Positions 54,779 to 64,000 of a stretch of 64,000 bases of DNA are shown one piece after another. The DNA comes from Octopus vulgaris. Its lineage: Eukaryota. A model generated the notes under the pieces. That model worked only from the letters and a program-made list of their open reading frames with translations, did no database searches and was not told the origin of the DNA. The stretch covers positions 121,520,001-121,584,000 of the forward strand of contig OX597820.1 in NCBI GenBank assembly GCA_951406725.2, written 5' to 3'. Made by a program: the position numbers and the translations under genes. Each line of letters opens with the position of its first letter. Position 1 is the first letter of the stretch.

Positions 54779-55390
54779 CAGGGCGCCGTGAATAAACTGT
54801 CGTCTAAAATGAAAATAACACTGACGTCTAACTTTATCAGATATATCTACGTAAACATAGTAAAGAGTAAAGAGTAAATTTATTCAATAAAATCGCCATT
54901 GGCTTCAGCCAAGACCGCCCCCACCAGACGACTTTGGAATCTCCTGCAACTCTTTGGAACAGTCTCCTTATTTAATTTGGTGAATGCTGCTATAATCGTT
55001 GTCATCAGTCCATCTCTCGTGTCACAAGGAGTTTTGCTGGTCTCCCGCTCAACTGCACCCCACATATAATAAAACAAGGGAGTTGCAGTCTGGGAAGTTA
55101 GATGACCAAATGTTAGGGGTGATGTGGTCGCAGAAATTGTTTGACAGCCATGACTGGGTTCTCCAAAATGTGTGGTATGGTGGAGAATCCCGTTGCTAGA
55201 TACAGGGTCTTCCAGCAGCAACCCTCTTGACCGAGGGCAGAACTACCTCCTCCGGGCACTTGATGTAAGCCTCCGCTTTGAGTGTGAAGCTGTGTAGGAA
55301 GATGAACGGAGGCATAACGTCGCCATCACTAGTGATCACTCCAAACAACATAATATTAACAGGATATTTGACTTTTATCACTATCGGTTC
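54779..55390 (-). mobile_element. Tc1/mariner DD37D (maT-type) transposase relic with one terminus
   Basis: FGVITSDGDVMPPFIF..YIKC..VVLP, then QRDSPPYHT...WSSNFPDCNSL(V) with 37 residues between D and the third catalytic position (now V), and WGAVER..RL.AV..ANG. Confidence 0.85.
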
Positions 55391-55636
55391 AGGTCCTCAG
55401 ATTGACACCGCAATACTCTGAAACGTTCATGCTGGAGATTCCGGCGCGAATTCCAAGCATTGCAGCATGTCATTTCAAACTTTCTGGAAAAGTGAATTGT
55501 GTCATAGTACTGCTTTGCTCACAGACTGTGCCCAACTGACCCTACTATACTGTGTAGTCGACAAATTCAAAAACAAAGAATGTGCATGCGTGAAAGTAAA
55601 AATACAAAATGGTGACAATTTACCCATCGCATACTG

Positions 55637-55678
<42 letters not shown>

Positions 55679-55879
55679 TGCTCCCTCACTCCCCTTCTCT
55701 CTCCCCCTCTCCCTCTTTCCTCCTTCCTCCCCTCCTCCTCCCCTTCCTCCTCCCCCTCCTCTCCTCTTCCCCTCTCCTCCCCTCTTCTTCCCCTCCCCGT
55801 CTCCCCCTCTTCTCCCCCTCCCCCTCTTCTCCTCACTACACCACACGACTTTACACATCACATCATATATGATGTGCCA

Positions 55880-56230
55880 TACTAATACATACACCAACTA
55901 ATACATACTAATACGTACTAATACATACTAATACATACTAATACATACACCAACCCTATACATACACACGTCCAGACCCCTCATACGCACTTATACTCTA
56001 CACACAGACACACACACACACTTATACATACTAATACGTACTAATACATACTAATACATACTAATACATACACCAACCCCATACATACGCACGTCCAGAC
56101 CTATCCTACGTACTAATACTCTCTCATACACACACACACACACACACACACCTAATACATACTAATACATACTAATACATACACCAACCCTATACATACA
56201 CACGTCCAGACCCCTCCTACGCACTAATAG
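55880..56230. repeat. Local tandem repeat (about 3 units) built on CTAATACATA subrepeats
   Basis: CACCAACCC..CACGTCCAGACC recurs three times. Confidence 0.8.
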
Positions 56231-56339
56231 CTGGTCATTCAACTCTATTATCAACCCTATTATCTCCCCTTATTTCGCTCTCGCGTCTCATGTTTGATCT
56301 TTGACCTCTGGCCGAAATCAGATCGCCATGTTGATTCGT

Positions 56340-56535
56340 TAGTTACTGCACGCATTTTTTTCTCTCCTTCTTTCTGTGTTTTTTTTTCTCTCTGTGTATC
56401 TTTCTGTTGAAGAGCGTAGGCTCGAAACGTTAAAGACTTGTTTTATTTATATTTCCTGAGCGCCATACTAATACAATTGTTTGTTTGTTTTCCACCTGCC
56501 TTCGTCTTTTGTCTATTTTCATAAAGCTTCCCGTT
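56340..56535 (+). mobile_element. Penelope-like terminal repeat with minimal hammerhead-like motif
   Basis: TCTTT-CTGTTGA-A-GAGC-GTAG-GCTC-GAAA-CGTT-AAAGA at 56399-56436; copies at 57320-57470 and 57805-58010. Confidence 0.65.
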
Positions 56536-56557
56536 ATATATATATATATATATATAT

Positions 56558-56602
<45 letters not shown>

Positions 56603-56809
56603 ATATATATATATATGTATGTATATATATGTATTTATTTTATTTATTTTATTTTATCTTACTTGTTTCAGTCATTTGACTGCGGCCATGCTAGAGCACC
56701 GCCTTTAGTCGGGCAAATCGACCCCGGGACTTATTCTTTGTAAACCCACTACTTATTCTATCGGTCTCTTTTGCCGAACCGCTTTATATAGATATATATA
56801 TATATATAC

Positions 56810-56849
<40 letters not shown>

Positions 56850-57319
56850 TTCTTCCCTTTTCTCCTGAGCGCCCAATAATACTTTAATTGTTCCACATCC
56901 TCGCGTTGTTGTCTTTTTGTTTTCTTGTTTGGATTAACTTTATATAATATATATATATATATATATATACATATACACGTATGTATGTATATTTAAACAT
57001 AACATTTATATTTGAATATATTACACAGTATGCCGTTCTAAATTTGACGATGCTAAATTATAACTTGCAGGATGTTTGTGAGCTGCTTCTAGCAACTAAG
57101 TGTTTGTTCCTCATTTCCCCTGTCGTTGACAATTAAGATACCAACTTGGCAGTATTGACAGAGTTAGCGGTCAAAAATGTCTTCCCGTATATAAGTTACA
57201 TCTTTTCAGCTTCTCATTTCAAATGGGTGGAAAAAGCCTGCGGTATTGTTTCCTCGCACTCGTCCCGATATAACAAGTGCTTGTCATGTTCTCGAATAGA
57301 TTTATCGAGTTAGACAGCT

Positions 57320-57467
57320 ATATTTCTTTTCTGTGTATCTTTCTGTCGAAGAGCGTAGGCTCGAAAGGTAAAAGACTTGTTTTATTTATATTCCTGAGCG
57401 CCATACTAATACATTTGTTTGTTTGTACTCCACCTGCCTTCGTCTTTTGTTTATTTTCGTAAACCTT

Positions 57468-57470
<3 letters not shown>
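57320..57470 (+). mobile_element. Second Penelope-like terminal repeat with hammerhead-like motif
   Basis: TCTTT-CTGTCGA-A-GAGCGTAGGCTC-GAAA-GGTA-AAAGA. Confidence 0.65.
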
Positions 57471-57506
<36 letters not shown>

Positions 57507-57804
57507 CTTATAGTAGGATTTTCATCCACGTTTCGTGGTTCGTCACCTCAACAGCTGCTTTATAGGATCTAATCGCTAGAAAGCGAACACATTTCACCAT
57601 GTGATCCGCTTGAAAAATTGTTAAGGCACTAGGATATTTCCCTATTTTTCTTCACATGAAAACAATGGCAGCCTTAAATCAAAAAGAAAGAAATATCTAC
57701 CAGTGCCGTGTTGAGCACTCATGTTCAGCGTTCGACATTTACGTATATACATACATACATACATACATACATACATACATACATACATACATACACACAT
57801 TTAT

Positions 57805-58010
57805 ATCGTTAGCCACTACACACATTTTTTCTCTCCTTGTTTCTCTCTTTGTTTTTTCTGTGTCCCATTTTGTAAAAGAGCGTAGGCTCGAAACGTAAAA
57901 TACTTTTTCAATTCTTGAGCGTTATACTAATACATCGGCTTATTTTGTGCACTTGTCTCTGCTACGTTGCTTCCTTTTTGTGTCGTATTCATTACAAGAG
58001 ACATTTGTAT
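57805..58010 (+). mobile_element. Third, more decayed Penelope-like terminal repeat
   Basis: GAGCGTAGGCTCGAAACGTAAAA retained; 5' core degenerate. Confidence 0.55.
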
Positions 58011-58043
58011 ATTTGTCAGTAGGTGCATGCGTGTGTGTGTGTG

Positions 58044-58103
<60 letters not shown>

Positions 58104-59429
58104 TGTACATGTATATACGTATACATGGCTGACGTACGACCGTGTATGTACATATAGAAATGCCTACACAAATACACGCTCGCACGGATACACACACATA
58201 CATTCACACACATACACACTCATACATATACAATTTCAGTCAGTTCTAAAAAAAAAGGTTTGTACTACATTTTGTATCCGCATAATTTAGATTACGCTGT
58301 TTCAAATGCCAGTGGCCCCATTTGAAGTTGCTTGGTGCTTGGGTAAGCCAACGATGTGAAAGTGGCCGGAAGCTGCAACTGAATATGCTGATCGTCTTCC
58401 AACACTTGTTGTCTGCACGTTCTCCTGATAACATCTATTATCTTCTTACACTGATTGTTAGTAAAATAACTGCCATGGAGTATTCATATCCTTTATGTCT
58501 TCTATATACACTTCATTCAAAATTAAACGCCAGGCGTCCTTTTCAACAAACATGTTTAGTTATATTTAATATTTATAACATTCATACCTCTAAAACCTGT
58601 TTATTTTCACCAAACAACAGCTCTAGCTGAATATGAAATCAGCATAGATCAATCTGATAAAACTTTACGTTAGAAGGACTTTAGAAGGGTTTGTATATCC
58701 ATGAAAATAATCACTGGAAACTAGTTTTAGAACACCTTAGTTTTTCCCAATCGGAAATATATTTAGTTTTACAAACTGAAAAAAAGCTACGTGAAAATTA
58801 CAGTTTCGAATTACTGACAGTCACCCTCTGCTCACCGGATGGTATTGATAGTAGCCTGTTTTAGTGAAGGGCTGTTTTTGACACATTCTTTTCTTAGTGG
58901 TGAATTAACCGAAGTATTTGACATTTCTTTGAATGCTAATGCATCGGGAATGTAGAGTTTCTCGACACGAACCAGCTTCGGTCTGACTTTCGAATTCTTT
59001 ACCACATACTCGCAAAATACTCGCCAGTTAAAGAGTTCTGATAAGGATTAAATAGTTTTAATTACATCACGTTTTAATAATTCTGTAGGTTTTAAAGAAA
59101 AGTACAAAGTTTAATATTTGTATCACTCTAAATGGTGCTGAACTGACGTATTATTCGATCAACAGACGAAATATTCATTGATTTGGTCATGTGAACAATT
59201 CTATTTCTTCAAAGCCAACCAATTTAGATGTTAAATTTATTTAGTTATTCTTACTTCTTTACTCTGTCAAGTTTAAGCTTAGCTGATAAGATCAGAATAA
59301 CATCGAAACGATTCCAGAGTTACCTCCCATACTTGCTAATTTGTCGCTCACTAATATTGGTTTATTCGCCATTGCATGATTGATTTCTAATTAGTTTTTA
59401 CGTTTACGTTTCCATTAATAATGGTTTCT

Positions 59430-59615
59430 AACTTTTGGCCCAAGGCTAGCAACTCTAGTGGGGTGGTTACTCGATTACCTCGACCCTATTGCTCAGCGGG
59501 TATTGAGCCAGCATGTATGCAAGGCACAGTTGAATTTGAACTGCCAACTTAAAGGCGGACGAAATGCAGCTAAGCATTTTGTCCGGCGTCCAAAGGTTTC
59601 TGCCAGTTCGCCGTA
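59430..59615 (-). mobile_element. Diverged Meta-core SINE (short-tail)
   Basis: Homology to other copies. Confidence 0.65.
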
Positions 59616-60694
59616 TTCAAGTTTCTTGCAATATTTAAGACAAACTGAAATTATTGCTTGTGTGGAATAAAACAAAGAAATTAAATTCGATGAGATTAAC
59701 TTCCTTACATGACAGGACATTTCTGACTAGAAAAGTGAAAGGAGAACTAAAATTCAGCAGCGTTTTAAATGGATTTTGTGAGACGGATTTATATTCTAAA
59801 AATATTTAATGATTCACTCGTTATTTCTTAAATTATAATTATCCTCGAATATAATTTAGTTTGGACATTCGTTCTTTGACCGTTTTCACTCGAGTAAAAA
59901 TATTTTTTCTTCATTTCTCATTATCAGGTAACTGTTGCTGTTCAGCATAAGTGACTGGAAGCATAAACTAGTCTATGAGGACTGGAGTTGAGCACGTTCT
60001 TCAGGGTGGCGGACATGTTGGAGGAAGAGGGAAGTGAAGGAGGAGTGGATGGTGGAGCAAGTGATGGCGGTGGGGGGGGGGGAACCTCTGGAATGTTTAC
60101 TTCATTAATTGGAAGAAGCGGTGAGTAAAATTTTTTCTTTTTTTAAAGCATTCGCTGCAAATACTTATCTGATAATAGATGTATGTATGTATGTATGTAT
60201 GTATGCATACATGTATGTATGCATACATGTATGTATGTATGTATGCATACATGTATGTATGTATGTATGTATGTATGTATGTATGTATGTATGTATGTAT
60301 GTATGCATACATGTATGTATGTATGTATGTATGTATGTATGTACGCATGTATGTATGCATGTATGTATGTATGTATGTATGTATGTTTGCATGTTGCATG
60401 TATTTATATATTGTATTGCTTCTATGAATGTATGACGTATGTATATATTGTAATGTATGTCTGTATTTATTGTTTGTTTGTGTATATATATATATATATA
60501 TAACAGATTTAATTACGTGAGTCAAAAAATGCCGCATTCGACACAAATTGTTGAGTTGATTCTATTTCTATAAAGCAATAACGAGCAATTGCATTACATG
60601 CTTACTTCAAGTGGAATATCTCCGCCATGATATCAAAACTTGAACTAACTCATCGTCTCAACGGAGAAATACACGATGACGCACATAGCCAAAG

Positions 60695-60727
<33 letters not shown>

Positions 60728-60735
60728 AGCACACA

Positions 60736-60821
<86 letters not shown>

Positions 60822-61471
60822 AACACACACACAAAAACACACACAAAACACACACACACACACACACACACACATGCATCCCTCTCTTTTTCTACATACA
60901 TACGTATATACAACCACACATATACACACACATATTTAGACGTAGATATTGCTATCTATTTGTATCTGAGCAGAAGCCGAGCTTTGCTTATAATATACAC
61001 ATCAATACTGATAAATATTCGTGAATTACTAAAGTGAATATATATCTGCCACAGAACCTCCCCCGGGAACAAGACGCTAATATCTGAGCGTTATCTAAGC
61101 TTAATAAGATTATGTATGCGTAAAAGCATACAATGTAATTTCCACAGACCATGAATCCACCAAAGCTTTCCACCAGAATGAAGGACAACTCAGATTTACA
61201 AGACTTGGATATCAAGATACACAAACACGCATCACAAATATGCATTCCTATCATCAGCTGCCAAACAGATATCATTATGGTTTCAACGCCTGGTCTGCAC
61301 CATTTAGTGCGATGGTGTCAACAGCGTTAGAAGCCGAAGCTCTACCTGGGAATCAATAGTAATCAGCAAGATATCTGATAGGATAATTATTTAGACATTT
61401 ACTGGATGCAAAACCGAGTCGAAAGTATATTGCTCTATCCTGGCTTTCTTTATTTTAAACTTTATTCAATG

Positions 61472-61866
61472 CTAGCAGTATCGCCCGGCGTTGCAAGGGT
61501 TTGTAAGGGAAATAACTATATAAGCATTTTAGAGATGTAAAGTATAATAGCCATCTCAATATGGCTAACCACAAAGGTTAGCCATACTGTAGCTTTTTAC
61601 GTTCTGAGATTTAATAATAAATTTTTAGAGAGTTACTTCCCTTATATATGCCAAAAATGCATTAAGAAATGGGAAAAATTGATGGTAATTTTTTTTTTTA
61701 ATCGTAGACTCATCGTAGACGCACGCTAATACCCAGAAGGCCTCGATACAAATCACGACTATAAGATACCCGGTTTTGGTTAAACTGCACCGCAAAATGT
61801 GGGAGTAGTTAGGAATCTAAATCGTAGGCGACAGACAGCACACAACCTCTCTTTTATATATAAAGA
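61472..61866 (-). mobile_element. Non-autonomous Helitron-like element
   Basis: Minus strand begins A|TCTTTATATATAAAA and ends with a hairpin-like CCC..CGCCGGG followed by CTAG; no TSD; homologous to 14117-14500. Confidence 0.78.
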
Positions 61867-62238
61867 TTAATCAAAACCAGAATATTTGCACGAAACAAAT
61901 CTAAGATATTTTAATTATTTGTACATATTTTTATTAAATCACGATGTAATTTTAACTCCTAATATCATATTTGCAGAATATATAGCTATGATATTGTACA
62001 TGGATAGGAATAAGTTTTAAAATTTACAAATTAACAATTATTTTTAGAAGCTTTTAATTTCCATTTAACATTAAAATAAGATCATTCAAACCAAATGCTA
62101 ACATTCCCAGTACCACCACAAATCGAAAACAGACCATAGCCTCTAAAACTTTCTAATATTTTTCACCTAAAAACACATACAAACATTTGTATTGTAGGTG
62201 ACGGTGAAACAAACCATGAGTAAAGCAAAATATTCATG

Positions 62239-62288
<50 letters not shown>

Positions 62289-62361
62289 CATCTATCTATC
62301 TATCTGTCTGTCTGTCTGTCATGAGCTATGAAGAAGCGAATGAAGTGGGTGAGAATTATTA

Positions 62362-62431
<70 letters not shown>

Positions 62432-62458
62432 ATATTTCCATGTATTATGGCATTTATG

Positions 62459-62887
62459 GGATCTTTTCGGTTTAACGGCAGTTTTTAACATAATTTCTTG
62501 GTAATTAAAAAATGTTAAACTTCGTATACTGGTAGAATGTGTTTATAAAACATCTTTTTCTCTTGGTTTTATTGAGAAAATTCTATAGGTTGTAAGGTAT
62601 TTGTTGTTTTTTTTTCTTCAATTTCTGCAATTTCAACCAATGACGTCCATTGAGGTAAACAACGTTCTGTGCCGTATGAATATGTCCCTCGTTTAAGAAA
62701 CAGATTGGGTTTATTTACATTTGTGAAGAAAAAAGATACCCTTCCCCCCCACCCCTAACCCTAACCCTAACTAACCCTAACCCTAAAACAGATTGAAATG
62801 CAATAGATCGATACTAGTGTCATAATAATGGGTGACAATTTCATATGCTACCGCTAGAAATAACTGCCGTTCAAACCGAAAAGATCC
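62459..62887. mobile_element. MITE with ~27-bp TIRs (Merlin-like) carrying internal (CCCTAA)n
   Basis: GGATCTTTTCGGTTTAACGGCAGTT ... AACTGCCGTTCAAACCGAAAAGATCC; 8-bp TSD CATTTATG at 62451-62458 and 62888-62895. Confidence 0.85.
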
Positions 62888-63210
62888 CATTTATGAAATA
62901 TGGAATAAAAATATCGTCCAGTTACGAAGATAATAGGACGGTCAATTTGATTTCCCCATTCCTCATTTAAGCTATTATTTTTATTCTTCCTCTTGCGGGG
63001 CTTATATGAAACCTACAGGACCTCGGAATTGTGTAGTACCACCCCACCAACTTACCACCTCACCACCACCATTTATACTAATGGAAGGTTTTTGATCAAC
63101 CGTTGATTCTTTGAATACTAAGGTAGCAAGAATTAGCCATGGGGTACTGATGACAACCAGGGTTATAATTAACCCCTCAGTCTCTCTCTCTCTCTTTCTC
63201 TCTCTTTATA

Positions 63211-63619
63211 TATTTCTTTTGCTGCCAACAAGGGGGCTAAACACAGAGGGGACAAACAAGGACAGACAAACGGATTAAGTCGATTACATCGACCCCAGTG
63301 CGAAACTGGTCCTTTATTTACCGAAAGGACGAAAGGCAAAGTCGACCTCGGTGGAATTTGAACTCAGAACGTAACGACAAACGAAATACCTATTCCTTTA
63401 CTACCCACAAGGGGCTAAACACAGAGAGGACAAACAAGGACAGGCAAAGGGATTAAGTCGATTACATCGACCCCAATGCGAAACTGGTCCTTTATTTATC
63501 GACCCCGAAAGGATGAAAGGCAAAGTCAACCTCGGTGGAATTTGAACTCAGAACGTAGCAGCAGACGAAATACCGCTAAGCATTTCGCCCGGCGCGCTAA
63601 CGTTTCTGCCAGCTCGCCA
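63211..63619 (-). mobile_element. Meta-core SINE dimer, long tail
   Basis: Internal junction (element strand) AAAGGAATA|GGTATTTCG near 63390. Confidence 0.88.
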
Positions 63620-63883
63620 TATATATGAGTTTGTGTGTGTTTGTATGTGTGTCTGTGTGTGTGTGCGTGTCTGTGTGTGTATGTACACACACATATATAA
63701 ATCGTTTTTCTAAAGATGGAACTCGTTGTAGCCATTGCAAATAAACTCTTTTTTCCATCCGAAGTTTGTTTAACTCAACGTTTACCTATTATTATGTATA
63801 GCACCAAATCCCTACTTTCTTCAAACTCTTCTCTTAAAAACAAAATCGCAATAAATTTCTAACTTCTGATGACGTAAGTGACA

Positions 63884-63952
<69 letters not shown>

Positions 63953-63954
63953 AT

Positions 63955-64000
63955 GAACTGCTTCGGCAATACATAGACTAAAATTGGAACGATACAGAGA
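63955..64000 (+). ncRNA. U6: U6 snRNA 5' portion, truncated by the window end; probably a retrocopy or pseudogene
   Basis: GCTTCGGCA.TACATA.ACTAAAATTGGAACGATACAGAGA matches metazoan U6 including the ACAGAGA box; 5' stem diverged; (CT)n rather than PSE/TATA directly upstream. Confidence 0.85.

Noticed and set aside
61030-61400. Additional R4-like RT remnant (SDLQDLDIKI..)
   Set aside because: Similarity too fragmentary to report as a feature without an alignment
62740-62786. True telomere or chromosome fusion scar
   Set aside because: Only about 5 units and internal to a TIR element

Overview
AT-rich, microsatellite-saturated eukaryotic non-coding DNA (intergenic or a very long intron). The SINE families and repeat landscape look cephalopod, probably Octopus (inference). 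I found no intact host protein-coding gene; almost all ORFs in the track are microsatellite translations or SINE read-throughs. The window holds decayed non-LTR retrotransposons (two R4/Dong-type RLE families, Tx1/L1-type, RTE, Penelope-like), several tRNA-derived SINE families, DNA transposon relics (hAT, DD37D maT/mariner, a pogo-like MITE, a Merlin-like MITE with internal telomeric repeats, non-autonomous Helitrons), a 147-bp minisatellite and a U6 snRNA-like sequence cut by the right edge. The strongest unusual signal is a SINE subfamily forming exact 183-bp head-to-tail multimers with one fixed junction (AAAGAAATA|GGTATTTCG), whose target-site duplications repeatedly begin with the same GGTAT. 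Other leads: microsatellite-targeting LINEs (TAA, CATA, GATA), variant minimal hammerhead ribozyme motifs, and a candidate recursive splice site.
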